Source: a virus
DNA: 64,000 nt
Virus record (IMG/VR): IMGVR_UViG_3300008448_012223
Direction: 5' to 3' (one strand)
Shown here: piece by piece, positions 1 to 10,029 of the stretch
How the letters are laid out: every line of letters starts with the position of its first letter
Position numbering within the stretch: the stretch's first letter is position 1
Made by a program: the position numbers and the translations under genes
Notes under the pieces: generated by a model
Told to the model about the DNA's origin: nothing
Databases searched by the model: none
What the model saw: the letters and a program-made list of their open reading frames with translations, nothing else

Positions 1-164
1 AGCACAATAGATGGAGCCCAGTCGAATGTCCTGATAGAAGGTATAACCACATCTATCATAATTAATACTACCACCTAGGCCAAATATAAATGTACCGATG
101 AATACATTGAAGCTATTATAAAGAAAGTATTCATCTAGTATATGCGTGCTATATTGTGATGCCA

Positions 165-875
165 CTACGCGCGGGGCTCCAACGTATTGAGGAGTGTCTT
201 GGCCATCTGTATACGCCGGTAGATACGACTCGCTATAGCTGGATTCTCCTTGTTCACCTCCTCTATTACAATTTGCTTGAATCGGTCTATGGCCTCGAAT
301 TGCTTGACAGTCTCCATCAGTGAGCGCGCATCCTTCAGTAGTTGACGCTGCTCCTGCAACATAGATACCCATATTTCCTCCTTGACTTTCCTAGCCTTAA
401 AAAATGGTTCATCATCGGCCGACTCGAGAGCTATAATACCTGCTTTAAGATCATTGAATATAGTCTGTAGCTGTGTCTGAGTATCAAACACAGAGCCATA
501 GGGATACTCTACTCTCTCCATTATAGGCGCGCTTCTATAGGCGGTTATCCATTCACCTACCTCGCGCGCTGTAAGATCAACCCCGTGCATAGATAAGGCG
601 CGGGATATATCACTCTCACTGGAACCCTTCTCTATTAACTGCACGACAAATTCTGTCATCCCACAGGCATCAATAGGGTGGCGGAGAGCCACCTTATAGT
701 TATCCAGTGGTTCAGATATTATAGGGTCATTGAATAATTTCTCTAGAGCTACTAACCGCTCCCAGAGGGGCTGCCAATCAATAGTTCCTATAAGCTGCTT
801 ACTATCAAGCAGACTACCAAAGTCATTCTTCCAGTCCCGCAGCTCCTGCAGTATATTAGTGTAGTCTGCCATCAT
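165..875 (-). CDS. hypothetical phage protein, 236 aa
   Basis: Clean ORF overlapping the upstream gene; no motif recognised. Confidence 0.6.
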   Translation of the reverse strand: MMADYTNILQELRDWKNDFGSLLDSKQLIGTIDWQPLWERLVALEKLFNDPIISEPLDNYKVALRHPIDACGMTEFVVQLIEKGSSESDISRALSMHGVDLTAREVGEWITAYRSAPIMERVEYPYGSVFDTQTQLQTIFNDLKAGIIALESADDEPFFKARKVKEEIWVSMLQEQRQLLKDARSLMETVKQFEAIDRFKQIVIEEVNKENPAIASRIYRRIQMAKTLLNTLEPRA

Positions 876-1302
876 CTACCACGCTATCTAAGTAATCAGC
901 GGCCGTATACACATTACCCTCGACGATCTCAGGGATCCTGATGTGCTTATCCTCTTCCTCCATCTGCATACGAATATCGATGGGGCCTAATACAGGCATG
1001 ATATTAGGATGAATCAGATAATTAAGTAATTGGATAGCAAAAGCATCAAACTTACGCTTAATAGTACTACTATCCACATTAAGACCGCCCGCGATGTCAT
1101 TGCGACTGCGCTGCGTAGCCCAGAGCCAGGCGGCATGTCTATATATATCGGGGCTAGTTCTCATAATTAAATACATGCACTTACGCACTGTCTCATATGA
1201 GAATGTTCGATTGTAACAGGCAGACTCGAAATCAATCTGCTGATAGAACCTCTTACGCAGGTAATACTTTACTTCATCAAGCCAGGGGTTAGGTTTGGGC
1301 AT
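856..1302 (-). CDS. putative HTH transcriptional regulator (sigma region-4-like)
   Basis: SRNDIAGGLNVDSSTIKRKF resembles a helix-turn-helix. Confidence 0.45.
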   Translation of the reverse strand: MPKPNPWLDEVKYYLRKRFYQQIDFESACYNRTFSYETVRKCMYLIMRTSPDIYRHAAWLWATQRSRNDIAGGLNVDSSTIKRKFDAFAIQLLNYLIHPNIMPVLGPIDIRMQMEEEDKHIRIPEIVEGNVYTAADYLDSVVDDGRLH

Positions 1303-1351
1303 ACATATCCTCTATATACCCATTAATCTTATCGTACTAAATACCAGTATG

Positions 1352-2494
1352 TCAAATCAATAATCTATAGAGATCGAGTAGGCTCTGTTCCTCTGCGAGC
1401 TCAGGGTAGCAATCATGGAGATAGGGACAAGGCTTACCGAAGGAATCGAGACAGGGACTATAATTATCCTCAGGGTAGTGGTGAGGATAGAAACCCGCCG
1501 TGATTAATTTGTGCGTGCCAAAGAATGAGGTTAGTACGCGATCCATGATGCTACGGTCAATAGGTGTTAGTACTAGACTACCCTCCCTGACGTTATAGAT
1601 ACCCATAGCATCAACGCGAGTGCCTGTCAATTTCTCATAGGCATAGGCATAGGCACAGAGCTGAGGGTTATACGCCAGCTTATCTGTAGTATAGGCAGAT
1701 TTACTGGTCTTATAATCAACTATAGTTAGGCCATGAGAGGTGATTCCCACCCAGTCAATGAAGCCCAGGAGGTTGATACCGGCATCACCGCCGCAGTCAG
1801 GCGGCATAGACACCTCATTGATTATAGTGCCGTCATTATACTCACTGATAGGTAACTCAACATAGATAGTGCGCTTAAATTCCTTAGGAGGGATAAAGGC
1901 CCGACATAGGTTAAACGCGTCAGTCAATGCGCCAATAACATCAAGCTCAGTATCCAATTCAGGATTAAGCATAAGCATATATTCATTAGCTGCATGCCGT
2001 AGAGCGAGAAGGGGCTCCTCTGCCTGCTTCCATGCAGTAGTAGACTGATAGGCACTACTCACCTTACCGGCAGCGGTGCGTATGGCATCGGGACCCTTAT
2101 AGTCAGCGCGGGCTCTGTTATGCAGTGCTGCATAACCATCTACTAGACCCATTAAGTAACTAGAGATAGTGGTCTGGTCCGACGCAGGCGTATTAGATAC
2201 AATGACACCAGCGGCCATAAGCGCGCTTATGTAGGTCTCCTCGAGGCACTGCTCTAGATTATAATCATGTTCTACTTCAGGATCATAGAATAACTCGAGG
2301 GCCTCATGCACTAGGTTACCCAATAGAGTAGAGCGCGTAGCCCCACTCTTCCTATTGAGGTCAACGTATTTATGATAGAACTCCATCCCACAGCGGCGAT
2401 ATACGCGCAGTGCACTAACAGAGTAGTAGGGCGGGCGTTCTGCTATAGATCGACTAGTAATAATATTAGAGGTCATCGATAACCTCTGCGCCAT
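1352..2494 (-). CDS. PD-(D/E)XK RecB/Cas4-like exonuclease
   Basis: YSVSAL..Y..C, LGNLVHEALE, GFIDWV...IVDYKT, QL.AYA motifs and C-terminal cysteines. Confidence 0.85.
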   Translation of the reverse strand: MAQRLSMTSNIITSRSIAERPPYYSVSALRVYRRCGMEFYHKYVDLNRKSGATRSTLLGNLVHEALELFYDPEVEHDYNLEQCLEETYISALMAAGVIVSNTPASDQTTISSYLMGLVDGYAALHNRARADYKGPDAIRTAAGKVSSAYQSTTAWKQAEEPLLALRHAANEYMLMLNPELDTELDVIGALTDAFNLCRAFIPPKEFKRTIYVELPISEYNDGTIINEVSMPPDCGGDAGINLLGFIDWVGITSHGLTIVDYKTSKSAYTTDKLAYNPQLCAYAYAYEKLTGTRVDAMGIYNVREGSLVLTPIDRSIMDRVLTSFFGTHKLITAGFYPHHYPEDNYSPCLDSFGKPCPYLHDCYPELAEEQSLLDLYRLLI

Positions 2495-3017
2495 AATGAG
2501 CTAATAATAGTGCCTCAGCCATACCATCATGGGGCTTGTGGCAGAGAGGAGTCCTGAATAAATTAACAGCAGGATAGAGATCCACAGCAATAGATACGCT
2601 GCGTGTCTTAGTAGGTTTACTATAGGTCCATTTAATAGGCGGGGCCATATCGGCATAGTGCGATTGCCACTCACGGGAATCTACTACTACATAATTCAGA
2701 CCTATACCCTCCAATAGGCCAATTAGTTTCCCATAGTTAAGCATAGTCTTAGCAGTAGAACCCAGACCCTGACGCCGCGTCTTTCCCGCAACTATCCTGG
2801 GCCGTACTACTATCTGGCGTTCAATAATAGTAAGATGAGGTCTATAATAAGACAGGTAATTCTTAATTACCCCCATGTTTATATCCTTATCAGACGTAGA
2901 GATTGGCATGATTCTAACATCAACTACATTATGGGTATCCCCCTTTTGTAGTATACAAAGTCCCCCAGTTAAACCTGGGTCTATCCCACATATAAATTTA
3001 TCCAAGATAATCACCAA
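2466..3017 (-). CDS. RuvC-like Holliday junction resolvase
   Basis: GIDPGLTGG, IIERQ, HDGMAEALLLA. Confidence 0.8.
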   Translation of the reverse strand: MVIILDKFICGIDPGLTGGLCILQKGDTHNVVDVRIMPISTSDKDINMGVIKNYLSYYRPHLTIIERQIVVRPRIVAGKTRRQGLGSTAKTMLNYGKLIGLLEGIGLNYVVVDSREWQSHYADMAPPIKWTYSKPTKTRSVSIAVDLYPAVNLFRTPLCHKPHDGMAEALLLAHYGAEVIDDL

Positions 3018-3065
3018 CTAGTATATTATCATTATAGCACATAACGCCTGCTACACTGAGAATAA

Positions 3066-3272
3066 CTAATCGAATTGAAACAACCAGGGATTCCAGGTTA
3101 GTTCAGTATTATCATCTAACGTAACAACCACTCTGTTCTTATGGCCAGCGTAGCGGTGAGAAAGATTACCCTTCGTGTTGTAACTATAACCCGCTGACCT
3201 AGGGTACGTTGATTGATATGCTATATTAGTAACTACCTTATTATTAATCTCATCGCCTAGCCTGATGTGCAT
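3066..3272 (-). CDS. small hypothetical protein
   Basis: ORF in operon context only. Confidence 0.4.
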   Translation of the reverse strand: MHIRLGDEINNKVVTNIAYQSTYPRSAGYSYNTKGNLSHRYAGHKNRVVVTLDDNTELTWNPWLFQFD

Positions 3273-4231
3273 GGGAAGCCTGTCTGGAAGTAATCGATTA
3301 GTGAAGTAGAGTCGAATGACGTACGGTTATAACTACGACTAGTAGGAGCATACTGCTGCTTAACTGCATCAATATACATAGTAAACTGGAAGTCATCGCC
3401 CATATAGAAGCGGGCCCACCCCTCATCAGTGAATAAACGTCTGAGCTCTAACTGTTCGATAGCCAGGTTATCAAAGGAGAGATTACACTTACCTATAAGA
3501 GAGGGTAGGGAACGCCGCCACTGCGCTATGCCTGCATCTACCTCAGGGCTATGATAATCTATACCGAAGCCGAAGTTCTTATAGCCTAGTACGAGTACCT
3601 TACTGGTTACAGCGCTGAGGCTAACCAACTCATCGATTATACTGACGGGATGGATACCAGCGATGATGTGATACACGATGTTATCTGAGAGACGCAGTAC
3701 TGGTATCAGACTGCTATAGTTACTACTAGTGATTGAGATACCGAGGCCCCGCACTAACTCCTGACTTACTATGTCCTCTATTAGAGTAGCGTAGCGATGT
3801 AGATGACCCTGGTTAACAGTAATGTTAGCTATAAGCCCGCGGGCCTTAAGTTCTACTAGGAAGCCCACTATATCAGGATGAGATAGTGGGTTACCCCCTC
3901 CATTTGCTAACTCGACCCCAGCAGGTATATCACTAAGGACATCGAGTAACCGTGTTAGGTCAGCGTGTTTACCACTACGAGTAGAACTCTCATGGCAGTA
4001 CCTACATCCCATATCACAGTAGTCAGTGATCTTAATATCTATAGAGCAGGGATAGGCAGGGCGGGCCCCAACCACACTTGTAGTACGAACTAGGGTACCA
4101 TCAGCATATAGAGTACACTCATAATCACCATTAATATAATGCGCTAACGCTATCGCTTCATTAAACCTATTCATAGTCATAGAATGACGGATAATCATCA
4201 GTATTAATCCCCATGATCTCGCAAGCTTCAA
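3257..4231 (-). CDS. radical SAM protein
   Basis: CDMGCRYC (CxxxCxxC) and GGGNPL motif. Confidence 0.85.
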   Translation of the reverse strand: MKLARSWGLILMIIRHSMTMNRFNEAIALAHYINGDYECTLYADGTLVRTTSVVGARPAYPCSIDIKITDYCDMGCRYCHESSTRSGKHADLTRLLDVLSDIPAGVELANGGGNPLSHPDIVGFLVELKARGLIANITVNQGHLHRYATLIEDIVSQELVRGLGISITSSNYSSLIPVLRLSDNIVYHIIAGIHPVSIIDELVSLSAVTSKVLVLGYKNFGFGIDYHSPEVDAGIAQWRRSLPSLIGKCNLSFDNLAIEQLELRRLFTDEGWARFYMGDDFQFTMYIDAVKQQYAPTSRSYNRTSFDSTSLIDYFQTGFPCTSG

Positions 4232-4523
4232 CTAATTTATCTATCCCCCCGAACCATTTGGCGGTAACATTAGGATTGCTCAATAAACATCGGAGCTCTT
4301 CGATGAGGCATTCACCTCTACGCTCTTTTGTGTAGGCTTCTGGAGAAGTATATAATTCGCATTCCCAATCTCCTACTTGACGGTGAGTATCAATATCAAA
4401 CTCCTTGCCATCAACCACTATATACTTTCGCCCGACTGATTTAATAGTTCCCCATGTACCATCCTCGTGGGGAATTACTGCCCATACCCTGGCACCCTTT
4501 TTAATAAAGTCTTTCGGCAACAT
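4167..4523 (-). CDS. hypothetical protein
   Basis: ORF with upstream GAGG. Confidence 0.55.
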   Translation of the reverse strand: MLPKDFIKKGARVWAVIPHEDGTWGTIKSVGRKYIVVDGKEFDIDTHRQVGDWECELYTSPEAYTKERRGECLIEELRCLLSNPNVTAKWFGGIDKLVEACEIMGINTDDYPSFYDYE

Positions 4524-4572
4524 TTACTTTTCCTCTGGTAAATTAGTTTAGGCGAGCCCTAGCTAGTGATAT

Positions 4573-5067
4573 CTAATTGCCCTTGTAAAAGAAGTCGCTA
4601 GCATACTCCATCACTCCCTTATTATCAATCACATAACTGTAATCATTATCACTACCGGTTAGGATAAAGCTATAGGGCGAGAATAGATAACGCATCATCA
4701 TATCCTTATTAGCTACAATAGCATTGAGGAAGCCGTTCAACTCGTTGGCGTGGTCCATGTAGCCGCCATTAAGACTTTTGTATTTGTCATATACTACATC
4801 CTCGGCAGTTACAGCAATACCCTCTGATAGCAGATAGAGTATCATGTCATAGGCGTCTTTCATTCTATCGTTAGCGGCGAAGCCCGTGTATAAATAACTG
4901 GCCTTGGCTGCTATAGAACTCAGGATACTAGTTTCAGAACCGAATTCGCCAATCTCGAAATGTATTAATTTAGGGATAGTAAGGCTAGTCTGACAGGGAA
5001 TAGATATACTATGGGTGCTCGAACTATTAGTTTCAAATACACCCTGACGGACTTGAATGCTAAGCAT
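4573..5067 (-). CDS. conserved phage protein with N-terminal RxGVFETNSSSTHS motif
   Basis: N-terminal motif recalled from large-phage proteins; upstream AGGAG. Confidence 0.6.
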   Translation of the reverse strand: MLSIQVRQGVFETNSSSTHSISIPCQTSLTIPKLIHFEIGEFGSETSILSSIAAKASYLYTGFAANDRMKDAYDMILYLLSEGIAVTAEDVVYDKYKSLNGGYMDHANELNGFLNAIVANKDMMMRYLFSPYSFILTGSDNDYSYVIDNKGVMEYASDFFYKGN

Positions 5068-5274
5068 AAAGACTCCTTAAGAAATTATAGATCTACTTAC
5101 GACACAGCGGTACGACAGTGAGGAGGGTCAAGTTAAGTCATTAAACAACAAGCCAATTATTGTGATAAGAGCGAGAGCTAGCCCTATAACTAACGGTGCA
5201 TTATCCATTTTAACCTCCCAGGATTATTAATAGTGATTTGACATTGACTCTAGGGGAACGAGAACCTCAACCCG

Positions 5275-6075
5275 CTATCGTTTATCTGCGGCGAAGGCGC
5301 GTTGTGTTAACTTAGCCATATCCCTAATAACATCCCATCCTGCTTCACCGTATTGAGATACAGCATATTGCTCAACAGCGAGTAATAGATCAGCTAACTC
5401 ACATTGTCTCAATAACGAATTAGTGGCCTCGCGGCACTCGAGCAGCTCCTCGTATATCTTATCCAACGTATTAACAGAATATTTAGGGATAGGGCTAGAG
5501 TGATAGCCGGGCCGGAAGGAGTCATTAACTGCTATACTAAAGCGGGGCTCAGCTATACCAGTGCCATAATACCACCAGTGATCATCATAAGAGCGCTTAC
5601 CATAGGAGCCCAGCTCTAGATTCAATGGAGTATAGATTATATCCGTCTCATTGGCACAATGCACGTACTTGAGATTATGTGGATTAATGTAATGTAGCAT
5701 CCACTGGTAGGCATCAGTACAGATAGTATTTACAGTCATACCAGGCATACCCTTGTACACAAATAACTCTAGCTTCATAAAGTAAGGGTAGCTATAATTG
5801 TCATTATCCAGTGGACGAAAGCACGGCGTAATAGCTTGCAGTGCGTCACCTGCCTGATAATGTCCATTTATCGCATTATAGATGAAGGTCTGTTCTGCGC
5901 TACCTACCAGCACAAAAGTGTCGTAACAGCTATAGGGGGCCTGACTGTTAGGCTCTGGTGAGGTTATAGAGCCAATTCTGCGGGGCACGACCCATTTTAG
6001 ATCGACTACTCTATAGCCTTTTTGTTTGTAGTATTCCTGCGCCTCTGTTAGATAGCGATAATTAATAGTAAACAT
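5275..6075 (-). CDS. class II aminoacyl-tRNA-synthetase-like domain with a short C-terminal MazG-like helical domain
   Basis: TPCFR...YFMKLEL (motif 2-like), GTGIAEPR (motif 3-like), KIYEELLE...ELADLL (MazG-like). Confidence 0.55.
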   Translation of the reverse strand: MFTINYRYLTEAQEYYKQKGYRVVDLKWVVPRRIGSITSPEPNSQAPYSCYDTFVLVGSAEQTFIYNAINGHYQAGDALQAITPCFRPLDNDNYSYPYFMKLELFVYKGMPGMTVNTICTDAYQWMLHYINPHNLKYVHCANETDIIYTPLNLELGSYGKRSYDDHWWYYGTGIAEPRFSIAVNDSFRPGYHSSPIPKYSVNTLDKIYEELLECREATNSLLRQCELADLLLAVEQYAVSQYGEAGWDVIRDMAKLTQRAFAADKR

Positions 6076-6246
6076 TTGTCCTCTACTCTACAATATACGT
6101 TAGGTTGCGCGTAGTTAATACATACTAGGCCCTACTTTTCTATCTGTTACCCGTCCCCCAAGTCCGTAAATTTGAAAATCCCCTTATTCCTGCCGCTTCT
6201 CCCAGTCCCACCCTCTCACTAATCCTGTTCCCCCTCCCAGATAAAA

Positions 6247-6576
6247 TTAGTCCCTTGCGCTTTTCCCCTCGGCCACATCTGCAAATGGAGTAATAGGAAT
6301 GTGGCTATAAACTTCGGCATTCTTTGCCCGAGCTTGGCGGAGATCGTAGCCTGTTTGAAGATTCAGCCAAAACTGAGGACTGTTACCGAAATATCGTGAC
6401 AGACGCAAAGCTGTATCCGCAGTGATACTACGCTTACCCGCTAAAATCTCACCGATACGAGTTTGAGCTACGCTTAAATCTTTGCTCAGTCTGTAGGGGG
6501 TAATATTGAGCGGTTCCAGAAAATCTAACTTGAGGATTTCACCGGGATGAATATTGGGTAAATGGTCGCTGTTCAT
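6247..6576 (-). CDS. higA: HigA-family antitoxin (XRE HTH), no adjacent toxin
   Basis: IHPGEILKLDFLEP, ITADTALRLSRYFGNSPQFWLNLQ. Confidence 0.9.
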   Translation of the reverse strand: MNSDHLPNIHPGEILKLDFLEPLNITPYRLSKDLSVAQTRIGEILAGKRSITADTALRLSRYFGNSPQFWLNLQTGYDLRQARAKNAEVYSHIPITPFADVAEGKSARD

Positions 6577-6590
6577 CGCATTTAGCTAAT

Positions 6591-6932
6591 TTAGTCCTTA
6601 ATTAATAGAACGTTTCTTTCTTGATAATACGCTAGGCGGCCCTCGCAAAATTGAATTACAGAGTTAGGTAGTGCTCCGAGCACCTTTTCTACCTTGACAT
6701 TGTCAAAGAAGCGCACGTCCTTATCTATAAAATTAGGAGATAATAGGTCGTTGATCTCCATGAAGATACGCGGAAGCAATTCAAATAAAGCGGGGGGCGG
6801 CTCATCCTCGATTACTCTCTCACATAGGGCTGCATCTATCTGACAGAGATACACATGGAATGGCTTATCAGGGTACTCTTTCATCAGATACTCTAGATTA
6901 AGACTAATAAGCGTAGATAGGTTAGCAGACAT
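6591..6932 (-). CDS. hypothetical protein
   Basis: ORF in operon context. Confidence 0.55.
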   Translation of the reverse strand: MSANLSTLISLNLEYLMKEYPDKPFHVYLCQIDAALCERVIEDEPPPALFELLPRIFMEINDLLSPNFIDKDVRFFDNVKVEKVLGALPNSVIQFCEGRLAYYQERNVLLIKD

Positions 6933-7422
6933 TGAATAATCTCCTGTTAATATCAGATGATAGGAAAGCCTCTAACCAGACAGGGCGGGGCTCTATAAGA
7001 TAACAGGCCCGCGCTGCGATAAGAGGATGATAGAAGTAGGGTAAGAACTCTAGCTGAGCTAGAGCCTCTATATGCTGAGGTGTAGCTATACCCCTATGAT
7101 CTAGTATACCCAGGGTAGGGTAGCGCTCGTGATATATATTTAGGTTATAGTCATGCAGATACTCAGTAGTATCTAGACAGTACCAGGCAGCGCCAGAGCG
7201 GGGCCGCCCCATATCAGGTAGGTAGCCTGTTATAATCGGCGGGCTTTCATTATCCTCACGTAGATACTCTATGGCACGCCGATACATACGCCACTCCTGG
7301 GCCCAGCCCGACTGTAGTGTTATAGTAACAGCACTATAGCGGCCATCAGCGTAACGCCCTACATAATAGGGGTATATCATACAATCGCGAGCAGGTATAC
7401 TCACGTGATAATTAGTCATCAC
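6922..7422 (-). CDS. hypothetical protein
   Basis: ORF overlapping the primase stop codon. Confidence 0.55.
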   Translation of the reverse strand: MMTNYHVSIPARDCMIYPYYVGRYADGRYSAVTITLQSGWAQEWRMYRRAIEYLREDNESPPIITGYLPDMGRPRSGAAWYCLDTTEYLHDYNLNIYHERYPTLGILDHRGIATPQHIEALAQLEFLPYFYHPLIAARACYLIEPRPVWLEAFLSSDINRRLFNVC

Positions 7423-8639
7423 GATCCGAATAGTAGAGAGGCATATTCAAGGGGCCCTAATTGATTATCTACATAAGGAGCCAGTAGCCCTAAGGGGGAA
7501 TGAGTAGCAGTCAATACCCGCAATATATCTACGTGATGACTAATGTCGGGCCCCCATTGAGCTAGTAAATCATCTACGAATAATATGCGGTTAGCATTGA
7601 TAGTATCAGCAGCATTAACGCGAGGCTCTGCTACCAACCACTCATTAATATCTTTATAATCAGCAACCATATACGTCATAAGCTCAGCTAATGGTAAGTT
7701 AACCTGTAGCTGAACTAGTTGAGGTATGATACGCACCCAGCTCTTATATACACCGGCATGAGTAGGATGATCATCGCTATACTTATCTGAGTCGAATATA
7801 AATGTGATACGACGGAAGGGCTTGAACTTACTGGTGTGACATAATAGATACTCCAGACCCAATAGTCCCACTACAGGTAAACCACGACCTATTAGTGATG
7901 TGGCATCAGGCGGGCCCTCAACTATATATAGCTCGCGAGCTGGGTGCTTACTATACTCCTTAAGACAATGTTCTAGATAGAGATAGCGCTTACTATTAAT
8001 AGCGGCCCGCGTATCCTTATAGCGGGGGGCCCTCTCACTACTACCTATATAGCGACCAACCATATGGACTAGATGGCCTCGTGTATCTCGTATAGGGAAT
8101 ATAATGCGTTCCCTATAGTAATCCTCGCCGTCCTCCTTAATCAGACCCTCGCGGGCTAATGCCTCATGATCTATATCGAATTGACGTAGACCACTAGGAG
8201 GAGCATACCCTATACCAATGCTACGAGCTAGATCGAGGGACCAGCCCCGCCGCAGTATATAATCCTGAGCAGCAGGCGTAGTATCAAAATAATAATGATA
8301 GGCCTCTAGCGCGCTCTCTAGTACTATACTGCGAGCATCCATAACCTCGCGGGCCTGACGTATACCAGCGCGGGCCTCTAACTGCTGCATAGCCCCAGCA
8401 TAATCAAGCTTAGTATGCCAGCGCCAGGCATTGACTAGACCCATACCTGCGTTCAACTCACAACTAGTCCTCCAGCACTTCATATAGTGCGGATACACGC
8501 TCAGCTTACCGCGGCCCCCACAAGCAGGGCAATCATTAGTACCATGCCGTAGATTTAGTAGCTCTGGTATAGTTAGCCGCTCCATTATCAGTTGCTCATT
8601 CTCTCTCGTCACCGCTCTCCGTATATTGGATGAATGCAC
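7419..8639 (-). CDS. dnaG: DnaG-like DNA primase
   Basis: CPACGG zinc-binding motif, RIIFPIRD..G..V..VGR, Toprim YIVEGPPDA and FDSD. Confidence 0.85.
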   Translation of the reverse strand: MHSSNIRRAVTRENEQLIMERLTIPELLNLRHGTNDCPACGGRGKLSVYPHYMKCWRTSCELNAGMGLVNAWRWHTKLDYAGAMQQLEARAGIRQAREVMDARSIVLESALEAYHYYFDTTPAAQDYILRRGWSLDLARSIGIGYAPPSGLRQFDIDHEALAREGLIKEDGEDYYRERIIFPIRDTRGHLVHMVGRYIGSSERAPRYKDTRAAINSKRYLYLEHCLKEYSKHPARELYIVEGPPDATSLIGRGLPVVGLLGLEYLLCHTSKFKPFRRITFIFDSDKYSDDHPTHAGVYKSWVRIIPQLVQLQVNLPLAELMTYMVADYKDINEWLVAEPRVNAADTINANRILFVDDLLAQWGPDISHHVDILRVLTATHSPLGLLAPYVDNQLGPLEYASLLFGS

Positions 8640-8984
8640 TATAATAACTAAGCTTAAACTTTAACACTAATACATATCGCCTGTTAATGGCAATATGCTC
8701 GAGATAAGTGATGTCACTTACCCGTGGCCCGTTCCATAAGAATATCTCGGATAGTTTTTTCAACAGGTACCTTAATATACTACTACCGCCAACGTCTAGG
8801 GCCACCCCACGTCATCCATACTACTGTTCTTAAGCGATACCTAACGAATTTCTAATTGACTAACATCAAAATCACCGCCATTTGGCAGAGTTTTCCCTGA
8901 AAAAAGATGCTGTTGCTTGCGAAGCCATGATATTAGATGATTGTGTTAATTTTAAACGCTTTAGTCTGAGTCCATATTTTAATT

Positions 8985-9475
8985 TCAATTAAATGTAAAA
9001 AGTTTGTCGATAAAACTTGATATAGTTTCTGCTATTTCCTCTGTTTTATCACGAATAAAGGTAATCTCTTCCTGTTTGTCAGAGATTCCAAAACTTGAGT
9101 AGTATCCATCATCTGGATCATCATACGCTCTACATATAGCTATTTCTTTTATTTTTCCTGTTCTTAAATCAAATATCGTACCAGTTACTCTGGTTTTTGG
9201 TATTAAGCTAAAGCTTGGTACAAAACCACAAAAAACCTTGACATGGGCTACCGTCTGACAATCTAAAAGAACCTTAGCATTACCTGTTAGGTAAATTTGT
9301 TGTTCAAACTTTAGTTCCCATTCTGACCAAAGAAAGTTTTTAAACGACCAACTGTTCCAATCAGAATTGTCGTTATATTCTTTGTGACAAAAAGCCGCAA
9401 TTTTTTTAAGTATATCTATTTTTTTGGTCCTTCTATAGCTTTTTGCCTTTTAAAAAACTCTTCTGCTGTTGTCAT
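8985..9475 (-). pseudogene. frameshifted hypothetical gene, possible paralogue of 9472..9918
   Basis: ATG at 9475 meets TAG just after an A7 run; the shifted frame stays open (IDILKKIAAFCHKEY...) to TGA at 8985. Confidence 0.4.
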
Positions 9476-9918
9476 AGTGTCACCTCGGTTTGTATTTCAG
9501 TTTCGATAAATTCATAAATATCAATCATAATTCGTGTTCCTTTTTTACGCCATAGATTTAATTCTCCATGTTTAGCAGTCCCACTTTTCTTGAATGAGAT
9601 TTTACTGTTTTTTCTATCATTTATCCATACAAAAAAACTTCCTTCCCAATCTAAATTAGAAATAGTAGATCGACCTTCTATGTAATTTCTAAAATCGCTA
9701 GGTGAACCGTCACTACTATAAAAGTTGTTACTATTGATACTTATATCTATTTGTATTCCATTTATAGAATTAAGAATAGGGCGATACCCGTAAATCATGT
9801 CTTGAGTTCTGCCTAAAGATGTAAATGACCACTTTAGCTCTGGGTAAGTTTTTTGGCAGAAATTGAATATTTTTTGGGCTGTTTCTTGTTTGTTCATTAT
9901 ATGAAGATCAGAATCCAT
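9472..9918 (-). CDS. hypothetical protein in AT-rich insert
   Basis: ORF; composition differs from the flanking core genes. Confidence 0.55.
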   Translation of the reverse strand: MDSDLHIMNKQETAQKIFNFCQKTYPELKWSFTSLGRTQDMIYGYRPILNSINGIQIDISINSNNFYSSDGSPSDFRNYIEGRSTISNLDWEGSFFVWINDRKNSKISFKKSGTAKHGELNLWRKKGTRIMIDIYEFIETEIQTEVTL

Positions 9919-10029
9919 CTTAAGCGAAGCTACACCTAAACGACTTTGTATTATGCAAAAAATTCCAGTCTGTAATAAAACAGGGCAAGTCTGAAAGAAT
10001 TACAATCATAAAACTTGCGTATTAAGTTG

